Positions 24,101 through 39,100 of a stretch of DNA of 64,000 nucleotides are shown in pieces. This DNA is from Yuukianura sp. NJ FZ-2021 (taxonomy: Eukaryota). The stretch is taken from assembly GCA_046563655.1 (NCBI GenBank), contig CM102285.1:11470001-11534000 (forward strand), read 5' to 3'. The notes beneath the pieces are model-generated. The model searched no databases, was not told the DNA's origin, and saw nothing but the letters and a program-made list of their open reading frames with translations. Position numbers and translations under genes: made by a program. Position 1 is the stretch's first letter; each line of letters begins with the position of its first letter.

Positions 24101-27100
24101 TCCCAGGCCAAAAGATCCCAATTATAAGGCATTTCTCTTTCGTCAAATCCCAAAGTCCTACACATTTCCCATAAGCTCCTCTACTTTCTTTCGTGTCCTT
24201 TCTTCAGATTTTTGGAAAAGCTGAAAGCACGAGAGAATCTTTTCATTCTCCTCCAGGTAACTTTCTTTCACCAAATCCCTTCCAAAAGTAAAATTAATAC
24301 TAAGATTTTTTTCTTTTCAGTTTTTTCTTCTTCACTTTTCAACGAAACCTGCCTGAGCCTTAATCTCTTCTCAGCTTAAACTTTCAATATTAAAGTTAAC
24401 AATTTGAAGGGTCCGTGATGAGAGGCTGTCCTCATTTCTTCTGTCGCCAGTTAGCTTGTCGGACGACCTCAATTTTAGCTTTATGACTCTCGTTTTCTCA
24501 CTTACTGGGTACTACTACTAGCTGGTCGTTGACGTTTTGACTTTGACTTTTGGGTTTGTTGGAGCTTGCCGCTAAAAGAACCGGTCCGAAAGGAAGCATC
24601 GAAGTAGAAGTTTTTGTTACGAGGAGGCAAGGAAGAAGAAGCGTCTGGAATATGTGAAGGCTCGTCCCAAGTCCTCTGTAAATAGACGAGATAAATTGGG
24701 CCCAGAAGAGCCAAGTAACAGCTGCTGGTGCCTTAAGTTGCTAAGGAAGTGGGCCTTGGCCGTTCGGAGGATTCTGTGGTTGGTTAGGGGGGCCTTGGCT
24801 CCTTTTGGACACAACTTTGGGCTTTTGGAAAGTCCAAAAGCTTTGGGGCAGACGAGATTGTTGGGATTATTGAGAAGATGCGTCTCTTTTTCTTTGTTTC
24901 TTTCCAAGCTGGGGCACTGGAGGTTCCAATTATATTTCCCGAATAAAGTAATTTCTAAGATGGGTAGGGAGTGAGAGATGCTCTTTCTTCTGTGGTAGAA
25001 ATAATGCTTTTTGGGTAGACTTTTTTTTGAATCAGGAGCCCATTAGTTAATTACATCTGCCCAATTTCTGCCAGGCTTTCGTAAACCAAAGATTTTGACC
25101 TCAAAAGATTAAACGAAGCTGAGGGGTTCGATTAGTCTGAAAAGGCGACCGGTCATTGGCTGAATTCTGGAGAAAGCTAACAATGAACTTGTCAAATGTC
25201 AATATGATGATAGTGTTCGTCAAGGATGTTTCAGTTTGCGCTTGTCATAAAGTTTTTGTCAACTGCATGGCTTATGGTAGTAAAAATTTTTAAGTTTAGG
25301 TTTCGGGGCTAACGAAATGACTGTAACGAAGAGACTATTGTTGTTTGCAGAGAGATTGTGAGATTTGGTCCAGGGATGTGTTTAATTTGAAGTCAAATAA
25401 TTTCTTGTCGCTTCTCTTCAATGGTTTGGGATGGGATCTCTCTGGTCTCATCTCTTCCATTTATTTATTTAGCTGGACTGATGGTTGGTTCGGACAGAGA
25501 TGTATTGACTGTAAGTCTTTCAAGGGAGGATGGAAGTGGAGAGGCAGGGAAAATACAATGGGGCTTAATAAGTACCTCGGAGATGTGTTCCTCGTCTGGA
25601 CGAGGAGGCCCTTAACGGCATAAAGCATGGGGAGACGGAGTGAAGTTACAGCTCAAAGCATTGTACGAAATGACATGATCTCTAGTGAGATGGGGATCAG
25701 GTGGAAGAGATCAATCTTCAAAGTATTTCAAAGTCTCACACCGTCCCACTAGCTACAAATCTACATAACAATCGGCTTTCAATTGTTGATTTCTGTCGTA
25801 GGCTCACAGGTGACTGCAGGTTATTTCTGGATAATTTTTAGACCTGAGAATATCATTTCTAAAGTTTCTTTTTTGAAAAGTTACAGTGTATTTCTTCAGA
25901 TTAGAAATCTTTTGTCATATGATCGTGTGTTTGAGATCTTTTGCTCAAAGTACGGCCGATAGGAACGCTAGACCTGTTCAGGTTGTTTGTGAATTGTAAT
26001 TCTAGTCGCTTTGAAATAACGTCAGGTTCAATTCCATTTCCACCGTATCGCATCTCATCTCATTTCATCTGTATATTTTTTTTTCGGGATTTAGGGACAA
26101 GCCCTTGTTCGGCTCAGGAGTAATGAAAATCCGCCTTTTTTCCTGGAAAGGGGATGATGATGATGTGAGGCGTCTGTTTTTCTCGGGTAGAGAATAAATG
26201 AGTGAATGGAAAATAATTTTCTCTAATTCTCCCCTACTTGTTCCATCCGTTTCAAAGAATAAGGGCGATGAGTGGAGCAGATAGGTATTTATTACTTGGG
26301 GATTTTGATGAAGTACTGGTAGTGATGCGAGCTGCGATGATGTGGATTTGAACGCTCCGCCGTTCGCAGGATATGGTACGATTGTTCATTCGTTTTTATT
26401 TTGGAGATGGAAATGAGCTAGAGACGCGTGTATGGAGAAATTAATATGACATGGTGCGGTTCTGAATTTTAAAAAAAAACTTGGTTCAATTTTTCGAGGA
26501 GAAAAAAGCAACTGGACCAGCGATTTTTCGTTGAGCGTTATAAGAATTCGTGCGAAATTTAACAAATCGGAGAAATTAAGCTATGATTCCGCCGAACTTT
26601 CTCAAAAATGACTTTCACCAACAATTTTTTTGTAATTGTTTTAAGAAAAATTTGTTTTTGCTTTTGAAGTTTTGCTGGTTAGGAAGGAGGTGTGGTTGAT
26701 TGTGGCCCCTTGAGTAGTTTTGAGAAATCTGATCTGATGGTGTGTCCTGATTAACTTTCCCTCATGGTTAATTTTCCAACTGATTGCATTCTATTCTTCT
26801 CTCGTCCTAGACACGGGACAATGTGTGCCTGTCTGTTCGTATGCTATCCTATCCCAACCGAAACCGAAACCTAAGAGAAAAGTAGCTAGGGAGGTTGCAG
26901 GATTTGGACAGAGGAAACCATAATGGTCGTAGAATCCGTCTGATTGAACTTTATATCGAAGGGGGAGTGGAAACTCTCTGAGAGCCAAAAGTTCCCAGCG
27001 GCCTCCATTGTGGACATAAAAACCTTGGACTCTGCCCAGGGAAAGCTCTTCTTGGCCACACTGGACATCATTAATCCTAGTCTTCTTCAATTCACTTGGC

Positions 27101-30100
27101 TAAGCAAGCCCTGGGCACGGTTACTCTCACGACGGAAATCCTTGTGAGCAATACTAAAATAAAGTTTTTGCTTTCCTCTGCTTTTGCTGGTGGGAGGAAA
27201 AGGCCCAAGTCCCTTTAGAGTCCATATTCCTAAATCCCAATTCACTTAACTTAGTTTTCAGAGTCTTTCCAAAGGTTAGGTTGAAGATGAGCAGGTTTGC
27301 GTGGTTGGGGCAATTGGTCTCTCTGAGATTTATACAATGGGACAATCATTTCCCTTTGGAGAGAAGTGTTCGCTTGTGAGCCAAAAGAATGCTGCCGCTG
27401 CCACTCAGAACTTTAGACACGAACAAGGGATTGGATTTCTGGAAGTTCTGTGCGGTGAAAGTGGAGAAAGCGAAGAGTACGACATGTGGGCTAACTTGGC
27501 TCGTGTTGGCAAAGGGCAGGGAGAGAAGCCAAGTGTGTTATGTGCCTTTTGGACAATAATTGTGCGGAGAAGAAAGTTCAATCGGGGAGAAAGTGTCCCA
27601 CGACAGACAAGAGGGAAAACCCAAATGCGTTTTCTCTTTTTTTTTTACTTTAGAGGGAATACTACTTGAAAGAAGCAATAAGAAACTGAGCATTAGAGTG
27701 TAATCACGCGTGAAGATTCTCTGATTTAAACTTTTCCCCTTCACTTGACCCCTCTTTTTCTTACCAGAGACGACGAAAGTTACGGTTTTTCGCTAAAGGC
27801 TGGAGGCTGTTCTGTTCTATTCGGCTTTTTCCAGAACTTTTTCTGAACCATTTTCCTCGATGATGATTTTCATTTTTGAAGTTTTTGCTTTCTCCAAGAT
27901 ATTTTTCATATTCCGTTTGTTTCGTTCCTTCCCGAATTTTGTTACAACGAATCTCAGCGAACGGAAATTGATATTTTTTGGGTAAGGAAATAAGACTATG
28001 GAAAACCGTGGAGGGAGAGAGCTCCATGGTAGTTACCCATTGAGGAACAAAATCTTGTAGGACTTCTGCATTGAATTTGGGAAAAAAGTTAAACCAAGGG
28101 GAGTGGAATTGTCGGAATACTGCTGTGACTGGGAAGTTTAATGAAAAACAAGGGTATCACCTTTCCCAGGTTTTTTCTCGTTTTCAGTCCACCGTGAAAA
28201 ATAAAGTTGATTGGTTTCTCTCAAATCAAAAGAACTTTGGAACTTTCTCTGCAAAGCAAATAAAAGTACGGGTTCAATTGAGAGTTTGAAAAAAAGGAAT
28301 CAGATTCTTCATCAGGAGGTTCTGCGTTGACCTGATGTTGTCCAACAACGTACACAATAACAGGCCTACAGAAAGCTGCAATATCTCTGCCGTCCGTTTC
28401 TAGAGTGCTTTGTTTCCAGTTGTTTACTCGGTGGAACTATGTCCAGCATGTCCAGGACAAAGAGAGGGCCGTTGTACTTTGAAAGCTAGCTGAGAAGATT
28501 AGAGTCTTTCCGTTCGATCAATGATTTTCACTTTCTCTTTTTCGTTTTCCTGTGGAAAGTGTATGTATTAGAGCTATTTAGTAGTACGCCTGCCTATCCC
28601 AATTCATTGATCACTCTTGACAGAGACCTATGAACCAGCAGGATTCTATTCCTCGACCTTTGTCTCTGTCCAACCCACTGTCCAATGGACCAAAACGTGA
28701 CAGACTCCAGAGAACTTCCTTTTCGTGTCAAGTCGATTATCGTTGGGTGGGGTGAAACTGCCATGATCATTAACATTACAGCCTCTGGCCATTTCACTGG
28801 ACCGAATTGAAACTATCTGATCCCATCTTACTCAAATGTCAACCCGTGTCACGTCAGATATTGACCAGGAATAGAACAGCTTTCTTCCGTCAGGTCATGT
28901 CAGCAAGAGTTTTTTGAATGAATAAATTTTGAAGTTTCCGTACAAGTGAATCAGTTAGTGAAAATGAAAGTAGAATCCCGTGTTGTGGGATTTTGTACAG
29001 TTGGGAAGAGTACAATGGCTGTGGGTTGGTTTGCGGGAACGGTGGCCTGTCAACATATAAGAACGTCTCCAAGTGGGGCCAAAGTACTTTTGAATGGTTG
29101 TCGTCAACGTTAGTTTTTGAGTAGCTGGAGGGACAGGGGAGTGCTGTGGTGCCTTCCAGCCCATTGTGTTGTGTCGCTGGTGGCGTGCATGCTGTCACTG
29201 TCATCCAACTTCCACAGTTATTAATTATGGGTTCCTCACTAATTACATGGATCCTCATCATGGGCCATGGTTTTTTCAATGGGACGCTTTTTAAAATGAA
29301 GGGGAGAAAAGTAGGGACGATTCTTTTCAATTCCAAAAGTCATTATGCAGCTTGCTTCATCTCTAAAAGCGTCTTGTCAGAAACAACCTGAGGCATGGCG
29401 TTAGATTTATTTTCAAAAAAAAATGTTCAGAATTTGGCATTCTGGAAAAAATATGACGCTTTTCATTAGAGAAGTAGTGGATTTATAATTCAAGCTGTTG
29501 AGTCGTCTTGAATAACACAACACGTTCCTAATGACGCTTTCTGTCTTGTGTGAGATTTTTGTAATTAAGGAGTGTAAGGATAGGACTTTCTTCAGAGCAA
29601 ATCTGACGATGCTTCAAGCTTGTACTTTGGAAAGAGCATAAGAGACAAACAAGAAACTGTAAATCGTTTTAGGTGTGATGACATGGACTTTAGTTCTAGC
29701 CTGAATGTCCCGGGACCATAAATTTAGGTCTGATCTGGATTTGAAAATCCCTGTACTAAATTTCCTGTTCCTTTGAATACTGAACCTAAGGAGCCTTCAA
29801 AGCTCAATTCCTAACAAGATGTTGTTGCCACCATGGACCTAAAGTTCGGATTTCTTCTTCCTTTTTAGCCTAGGCCGACAGGATGTTAGTCTCGAACTAC
29901 TCTTGTTGAGACGGATATCCAATGTTGTTTGTGAAACTCAATCGGAAAGGACGTGCATAAGTGAGTTGCTCCTTTGACTGTCAATAGACCTGCTCGATGT
30001 TCTCTGCATTCTGAAGCCTAGTCTTTGCATTTCAGTTTTGTGTTTAGTCATTTGCAAGGAATCTGGATCTGTTAGAAAGGGAGACTCCATGACTCTGTCG

Positions 30101-33100
30101 AAGGGTCTTGTTTTGTTCAGAGATTGAATTTATGAATTCATTAAAACCTCATTTGGAGAGGCTGTTGGAAAGGGCAAGCGTGTTTGGTGGAATGCTTAAG
30201 TGGAGTACTGATTGACACCTTTGGATGATCTTATCTTTTCATCTTACGTCCTACCTTGACTCGGTTCCAAGAGCCCTGTCATTTTGGAACTGGTTCTGGC
30301 AGGTCTCGCTGTCTCCAGATCCCAAGAAGTCAACCAAAAAAATGTGGTGATCATTTGGACTTTTCTGAAAAGAAGATCTGAAAGCAAGGTCATGAAAAAT
30401 AGGCGGGAGACAGCTTTGCCAGGGCTAGAAATAGGACTTTCTCTTCAGTTTGCCCATTAAAGCCATCCACGAATGTGGCCCTGAACATTTGTTTCCGCTG
30501 TGAGACTTGGAATAACCTTTGACCTCCTCTTTTTGCTGTGAGGGGAACTTTTAGCATAAGGGCACTTTAAGGCCCAGCGGACATAATCAAACTCATAATT
30601 TTGAAATGCTTAGTTGAAGAGGGCCTGGAAACGTGGTGGGAACTGGAAGAGATTTAATAGCGTCTGAACCTAATGATGACAGGGTACTCTCATCCTCTCT
30701 TCATATTCAAATCTTTATGGTTTGGCATTGAAATAAAGTTGAAGATCTTGAAGCAGGGCTGCATATGGAACGAAGAGGACTCGATTCTGCCTCATCACCA
30801 TCTCTCTCCTACTCTGCCATAAATGGATAACGGCCGAAAAGACTTTACAATTTGAAATGAAATGGAAATTGGACCATTGTTCTTCTCGTTTCAAACTCAT
30901 CTTTCATTTTGAGGTGTACTACTAGAGTCTCATTAGCTCAAGGGGAAGGGGAGGCCATCAGTGAAGTACAAATGCCCAATTGCGTGTCGAAAACTATTTA
31001 GAACTGAATCTCAACTGGGATAACACGAGAATAATGTTAAGAACGTGGGAAATATTGTGTAGAAATGTTAAGAGAAACTTCTTTGGTCAGATTTTCGTTA
31101 GATCTCGGCGCCCAATTAAGATTTGGTTTTGGAACTTTGGTGAAAGTTGGTTTTAAGTTAGTAAATAAAAACTTTCTCCAAAATCTTCTTTAGGGTTTTT
31201 CGAAAAGGAAAGTTTGACTTTTAGCTAGTTTTTTTTGTGAGTTTTTAAGGGCCCACGGAGAACTTAGATGCTACCTCTGTTAAAATCAAAAGAAACTTGA
31301 ACTTTGTACTGCCTGGGCCCTCTCAAAACAGTTCCGAGTGACAAGACCTTTTCTGTGCCCAAGTCCAATGAAAGTTGATAGGAAATGGAGGCAATTTGAT
31401 GGTCCTTACCCAGAAGGAGAGAAAGTTGTTAAATTATGGAACGTTGTGATTTTGTTCAGATTTTACAAAAGCAGAGTTCCTGTTCGTTGTTCTTATGCTT
31501 AGGAGTAGCACTACGGTAGGCCCAAGTTCTAAAGTAAATTTTCTATTATTCTCGTTAGCAGTAGAGACTTGAAACAAAAGGAGAAAGCTGCTAGGCGGGA
31601 GTCGAGAGAGAAAATGAAAACCGCAGGACTCAATTTAAGACGGTTTCTTTGTGTCTCCAAAGGAAGACAGGAAGGGGAGCCCTTACAAGGAGTAATGCTT
31701 TTCCACTGCAGCAGTTCTTGACTTGCTATTATTAAAACAAGTGAAAGTCCTGGGTGGACCTGCTACTACAGGAAGGAGCCCAAGTCACTTTCACCATCCT
31801 AGATTCCTATTAGGCTCGCCGTTGAACGCTACGCGCTTATTATTATTATGATGTATACTTTTGCTCTAGACGCGTAACAATATTTGTAGAACGTTGGTTT
31901 TTGTCGTCCCCTTTACTTTCTTCTACGGTTTTCGTCGTCGTCGTGGCAGGACTCGCCTCGTTAGTTCAGTTGACTTGTTTCATGTCATCATCAAGAGAAG
32001 TGGGGAGTCGCTTCCCCTTTGCTAACATCCCAACGGGGAAAGCCTAATGGAATTCTCAGCTTCCGAAAATCTCTAGGCTCTGGACGAAAGGCTTTTTAAG
32101 GGTCAGTCAAGTTTTGACTTGGGAACGCCCGGACGCGACTGTCGTTGTCGTTCCTGAATATATGAATTTCAGGAATAGCATTGCTGCTGATGTAACGCCG
32201 AGAAAAGCTAGGGAGAGTGACCGTAATTTGGAGTCGACAGAGAGTGGCACTCGAAAATGAGACTTTCCACTTCTAGTCCATGTCTTTTTGGTAGGGAGAA
32301 AAAGTAACCGTATAAAAAAAGCCCGAAGACCTCAACTTGTCACTTCTTATTTTCCCTGGGAAGGAACCAGCAGCAGAGAAATATCGACTTCCAGCATACT
32401 GTTTCCAACCAACTTTCTTCTCCGTCCTGGTCCTCTCTTCTGAATTTGTGGAGAGAAGGACATCATGTGGTTTCCTAGGATTTTGTGGTCTGGAAGTGAA
32501 AGGCTTGTCAGGCAGGATGGCACAAGTATACCTTACGCATCATTCCTTCCCACATCTTGACCAATGTGACATGCCTAATGGTCAATGTGATCCAATATTT
32601 CAGGCTCATCACTCCTCCATATATATTTCTGATGCAGTATCCCACGGAAACGACTATAACTTATCCAGGAGACAGCAATTTGTGAAACCAGAGAAAGTAG
32701 AATTGGAGCGAAAGAATAGGTTTTTGGTTGCTGGATTTTTTTGGTCATGTTACTTCTCAATTTCTTCTCAAATTTTTAGTGGAAATCAAATTTTTTTGTG
32801 TAATTTTGAACCACCTTTGGTGCATTTTTGAAAGGTTGAAAAACAAACTTCGTATTTTTTGAAGATAATTTCGAAGCTCTCTGAAGCTACAATGTTATTT
32901 TTGTGTGCGAAAGATTTTTGGTTTCGTTTTTACAGGATTTTGTTTTCTTCGCAGATTTGCTTTCGTTTTGTGAAAAAATTTGATGTGAAGTCCCGTTAGG
33001 GAATTTTGGATTGCGTAAATGTAGAAAACTGTAGTCGGGTGGGACGTGTGAATCATTGGTAATGGTAGAGTTCCTCCCAGTGTTGCACCGTCATCATAAT

Positions 33101-36100
33101 CATCCATAATTTAACCACTGGCAGAGAGAAAAGAGGTCTCTGGAGAGATCCGCCGTGGGTTCTGCCACTTTTCTCAAATCTGGTTTTCTAGACTCGGGAA
33201 AAAATAGGGTTGAGGATCAGCAGGAAAAGATGACGAAGTAGGGTAAAGGATGAAGGAGAAAAGTGCGGCAGGAAAAAAAAAGATTTGGAAGGATGTGAGA
33301 AATTTGTGCTTTCTCGGGGCTGTTCCCTCGAAGCTATATCTTTTAGGATTCGATTATGATTCAATGAAGCGGCTGTCGCTTGTCGTCTCCTATCTCCATT
33401 CCTCACATCATCCCAACGTCCTTTTCACTTCACCCTACAAGGAAAAAGAAGAAAAAATGCTCAAAACGTTTCCTCTCGTTAAAGGTCTACGATTTACCTC
33501 CCCAACCAACCACTGTACAGCACTACAGAAAATATTCTTTGCTCGAAAGGATTTTTTAGAAGAGAAAATCCGAGTTTGAATTTTACCGGGCTGAAGGACA
33601 GACGCAGGAAGGAAAGGGGGTTCTTTTCCTTGTTAACTTTTCTCTTTCCCCCTTTCACTTCCATCCGGGACAGAATCAATTCTATCCATTATTCACTATT
33701 TAGGAAGATTTCTTTGTCAGGATCACTATTGTCAATGTTGAAAGAAGACGTTTTTCTACGTTTCATTTACACTTTTCACTTTTTTGGACTTTTGTGTGGA
33801 CCAAACATGCTTTCTCTCAAAAATTTAGCGCAGCAGACTTTGCAGTTTTTTGAGAAACTTGTGAAAAACTTTTTTTTTTAAACTCTGCACCCCTTGAATC
33901 CTCATGCATCGATAAATACTTTTGGGGAAGCGAGAAGATGGGGTTGGTTGCTGATTGGCTTTTGGGATGAGGGGAAAGTAAGAAAACTTTTCTTTTTGTG
34001 CCCCGGACGGCTCAAAAGACAAATAACACTTGAAAGACGCTACTACTGCTGCTGCTGCTTAGGGGATTGGAACGCTTCCCGACTTGTTAAGAGAAAGCTA
34101 GATTTTGGAAGGCGAAGAGGGAGAAAGTTTTTTGTTTGAATTTTTGTCAATTTAGCAAATGGGACTTTCTAATGTGCTTTTCCGAGTTCAAGGGGGGCAG
34201 AGACCATTTGAGAAAGGAAATTGAACTTTATATGGAGTATTTTTTCTTGTGCCTGTGCGTAAAAAAGAATAACAAGGAAAGTCTTATTGGTTTAATCAAT
34301 GACTTTAAATTGTTTTACTTTTTTTAGAGATTTCGGTCCAGGGGTTGAGATTTTATGGAATGAAATTCACCCCCTTTGATTTGAGGGGTTGAATTCAAGC
34401 ATTAATCTTCAAAACTTTTTGCTTGCGAGAAAAATGGTCGTACTGTTTTTATCGGAGTGTTGTGATTCAAAATCATTGTCGTTTTGTGATGTACATTTTC
34501 AAAACTTCCAAAAAATAGGAGTGTTAGACACCAAATTTGTGGTAAAAAAGAATCGACTAATCTGAAGACTTTTTCTGCTTCGATGAGAAAAGCATAGAGG
34601 GGAAAGTGGTTCTTTGACTTTGATTTTCGTTTCTACTGCCAACATCATCATTCATCTCTCATTTAGTTCAGTGCTTAGCAACTTTCCATCCAAGGAACCA
34701 CGAGAGGTTTCTGATAATCTTCGGAATTACTCTCGCTTTAGCTTTTTACTAGAAAAATGATGAGGAGAAAAGAAAGCCGGGGAGATTTAAGGGGGAAACT
34801 GATGAAAAATGAGACTAAATCTTCGAAACTCTTTTGATATACATCCATCATCCCTCTTAAAAATACTAATTAGGTATAAGAAGATGGTTCTCTCGTCTTA
34901 ACCGCTATATCATTCGCTTCCGCATTCACATGCTACACTGACTTATCTAAGTTTGGTACAACATTTTTAGAGTGAGAAAGTTATGTTGCGTTTGAGTTTA
35001 GAAAGCGCAATACAGACAGCGTGATTTCTTAACTAACTTTTCATTAGAAACTGAAAGCATGATGAGAAATTCGAAGTAACTGATCAGCCGAAACATTCTT
35101 AAATCTGAAAACGAATAGCTTTTTTGGACTTCCTTGAGTTTTTAATGGGCGGGACGCATTTTTCTTGCTAACATTTCGTTTTTTTTTAATTTTCCGTTTA
35201 ATTATGACTGTTCTTTGAGGTTCCTTTAAAAATGGCTGAAGTAATGAACGTATTTCTGGTAACTTGATGGAGTAGGACAAAGCTGAGAGAAAACTGGGTT
35301 TAATAACAAAGGAATTTAAATTCTCATAAATGAATTAGTAAGACTAAAGGAGGAGGAGGGAGCTCAGCTGCTAATAATTTGGAATTGCTGACTTTTCAAA
35401 AACGCATTTCCCCTCTTTTACTTTCCTTTTCCTTCCAATAGTAATTGGGTTGTTCCTATCTATTAAAAAGGAAAAGTATCATCATCTCAAATCTATGTTC
35501 CCACTTTGTTCTCCATAAGCCAAAGGCTAAATGGAACAGGGAAAGTGAAATATGATAGGGAGGGAGTCAATTCTGAAGATGAGCTGTGGAAGTTTTCTTT
35601 AGTGCAAAAGACTATAGGTCCTTTTTCTACAAAGTATTAGACACTCTCAATGAGCCATTATGACTTTGTCGAAATTTTGCTTATAAAACAATGTTGGAAG
35701 CCTATTTCCAAAATACATAGAGTTTAGGTTGACGTTTTGGAGAAAGGAAGTGAAAGGAACGAAGAGTTTGGGAACTTTCCTTAACGGCGTCTGCTAGTGC
35801 TAGCATGGGGCGGAAGCAATAACATTATGTAGATTGGTTAGGGGAGGAAAAACGGGAAATCTGGAGCTCTTGCAATACGGAAGATAAGGTAGTTTTCATA
35901 GAATAAACACTGGGAAAGTGAAAGTATTCATTTAGTTGTCCATTAAAGGTGACTGGAATGTCATTTTAGGAGGGGAGCCAATGGGGAGCTTTCTTTTTTA
36001 TAAAACAGTTTTAAGTTGGGAAGCGGTATAACCTTGGCCATTAAATGACAAGAAAGGAAATCATTGGCGCCTTTTGTTTTTTAGGCTGAGCAAAATGGGT

Positions 36101-39100
36101 TATTAAGAAGTCCCATCTGGGTTTTTCGTGAAAACTTTCTTTTTCAACGTTGATTTGATTTGAGATGAGCTTGGAAGAGGGAAATGGGGACTGAAGAAAA
36201 TAATTAGTAGGCCTATTACATTGGAAGGGAGAGATTGAAAGGCTTCCATTTTAGCTTGGTAGGTAGACAAACTACTGGCAGCATCCGAGCTGCAACAAAA
36301 AGCGGGAAGGCGGTTTGTCTTACGAAAGTTTGGAGTGAAAGTACAAAAGTTCAGTTTCTTAGGGCTCCTTTGCCTTGTAAATGTGGTGAGACGGAGCGAA
36401 CAAATTGTAGTGGGAGGCGAGAAAAAATTAATCTCTCTTCCCATTGTCCCTTTGGAAATATTCATGCACCAACTTTCTTTTAGTTTTCTTGTGCTTCTTA
36501 CTCTTACCAACTGAAAGTTAGTCGAGAAACGACTACTTTTCTTTACTTGGAAAAAGTTCGGAGGCAGGGGTTCGATTAAGGAGTGACAGAGACTGAATGG
36601 CTGTAGGAAAGGATAGGTTGGAGTTTTCAACACAGGAATTTCTAAGCATTAGCTTCTTAGCATCCCTTCTGCTGCTGAATTTATGAGCAGGAGTTTAGGT
36701 TCGAGGTGTCTTCTAGAATCGATAATAAGGACTTAAATTAGGAGAAAGTTGAAATGGATAGTAAAAAAAAAGCGAAAGGGAAGACGATACTATCATGACA
36801 TTCCTCACACTAGTGCTAAAGACCGTCATGGCCAGAATTGTGGTAAAAGATATGAAAAGTGATGTGAAAAATCTGTGACATTTGGTCTACTTTGTCGAGT
36901 TATGAAATAATTGACTAATGTATTGCAAAATATTCACATGAATATTAACACTACGCGTAAAGTTCATAATTTGGTTGAATTTTTTACTACATTTTTGAAT
37001 TAAGGTTCGTCCCAAAATTATGTTAGGGGAAACGCTCTAATGCTTCTCTAATCCTGTTTCTGTATTCTGCTTGCTCTGCCTGCGGGCGAGCTTTTCGGAA
37101 ATTTTTTTTCTAAGAGGGAAGAGCCGATGAACCGAAAAAAGTGGAATGGATAAAAAAAAGCCTGAAAAGCTGAAAACCGGAGACGGGGTTGGGAAAGGAA
37201 CAGCCGGAAAGGCCTGAGTGTACGGAAAGCAGTACAAAAAAAAGTGAAATTGGATTCAGATCAGTCTTTGGTTCAGTTGGGATTGGAAGAAGTGCATGGA
37301 ATATGACAGGTTTTCGTTTTTTTTTTTCTTGGAATGAGGAACGCAACGCGCAACCAAGTAAGTGGAGGAGACTCTCCCTCTTGCGTTAGTTCCAAAGGGG
37401 ATGAAAAAGTTTCCGCCTCCGCAAGGCTTTTTTCTTCTTCTTTTTCCATTTTTTGAAGAGAAAAAAATCACAAGCAGAATACTTAATGGATGTGAGGGGT
37501 GAAAGTGGAGTTGATTTTATTTCTCCCCTATTCTTTTAAATACGAGAGCAGTTTTCTCCTTTTCTCCCTAAATTTCAGAAAAAAAGTTCTAAAAAATGAT
37601 AAACTGGTTTCCAGTTTCACTATTCCTGCAAAATTGAATAGAGACTGGAATGGTGTTTATGACACTTGCTCAACTCAAGACTGCGCTGACTGGGAATCGA
37701 ACTGGGAGCTGCATAGGAGAGAAAAAAACGGCTTAGGTTTTTTTGGAATCTCTTGAGGGGATATTCATTTTAACAATTTACAATATGTGAGAGGGAGAGA
37801 AGAAGATGCATATTGCATTTTAAACTTCTTTTTTGACTCGATTAAAAGGAATATAGAGGGGTAAATGGTGAAATAAATCTTTCACCAGCCTTCGTCGCAA
37901 GCAGGAAACCTGCTTTTGATTACTAAAGAGAAATCCAACTGAAGAAAAAAAGGAAGAACTTTTTTCTCGTTTTTTGCGCCGGCCGGTTTTTGGAAACTTT
38001 CTAACTTTCTCCCGCTGCTGCTAAATTTAAAGGCGGCTTTCTTCAGTTTAAAATCCTCTTGGTCTGATTTTCTTTGTGGAGTTTTAATATCAGAAGGGCA
38101 TTCATCAAAGCTTGTGGCTTTTTGGATCTCATCTTCGTGTTATATTATTTACGAAATTCTGTTGCCTTCGGTGACACAAGGAGAAGGGGGAACTGTTTTC
38201 CCTTAGTTTAAGGGACCTGCATGGAGTCTCTTAAATTTTGAAGTGTTGTGGCAGGAAATAAATTTTGAATGGGAATGGTTTGGAGCCTCCAGGTGTGGAA
38301 CACTAATGTCGTAACATAAAAAATTCATTTGAGAGATCCTACATAATTGATGTCTGAATAACTTTTGGTCCAACTAGGAAGCAAAAGTGAGCGAAGTGTG
38401 AAAAAAGAGAGCTAAACTTTTTCGTTCTGTTGTGAATTTGAAAGGGCCGGAGGTGAAGGCACTTCACTTCGTTTTGCCTTGAAAAAATGTGGAAAGAGAT
38501 CAATAGACTGTGGACTAGGAAGTATCGGGACGGCCCTTAAGCCTGTTCTGCTCCTGTAAAGAGTTAGTATGAGGGTGTTCAGAAGGTTTGAAATAAATTG
38601 GGACTCTGATTGTATCTTTTGAATTGCCACATGGTGGAGTTCCCGTGTTAGGTTGTGTAGTTGCAGTACTCGCACTATAGTGCGGAGGCACTTTGCAGGA
38701 AGTAAGAGATGTCCTAAGTCTCTTGACGTTGGCGCTGCGCCCAGATCAGGTGCTAAAGTTCCAAGCTTATCTTTTTTCGGTGAAAATGGTAGGATTCATA
38801 ACTCTACGCGAACACAAAGTCCCAGGAGCGACTAAAATCCTTGTTACCCCTTTGCCTTTTGCTTCAAAGTATACGGCTTTTCACTGTGAATGAAACGGAG
38901 GTGCTGGAGCGAAAACAAGGAATGACGACACTCCAAGTCTGTATGCAGGCACTTCCAAATGCTTCTTTTCAAAGAAAGTTTGCAGAGTTTCCGTAGAAGC
39001 AAGACATGTTTAGAGCGTGTAGGTTAGGTTTGGTAGAATATCGGATGTTCCTTTGGTTTACGTCATTGGTGCTCTGGAAATGGGGACATGATCTCTAGGG

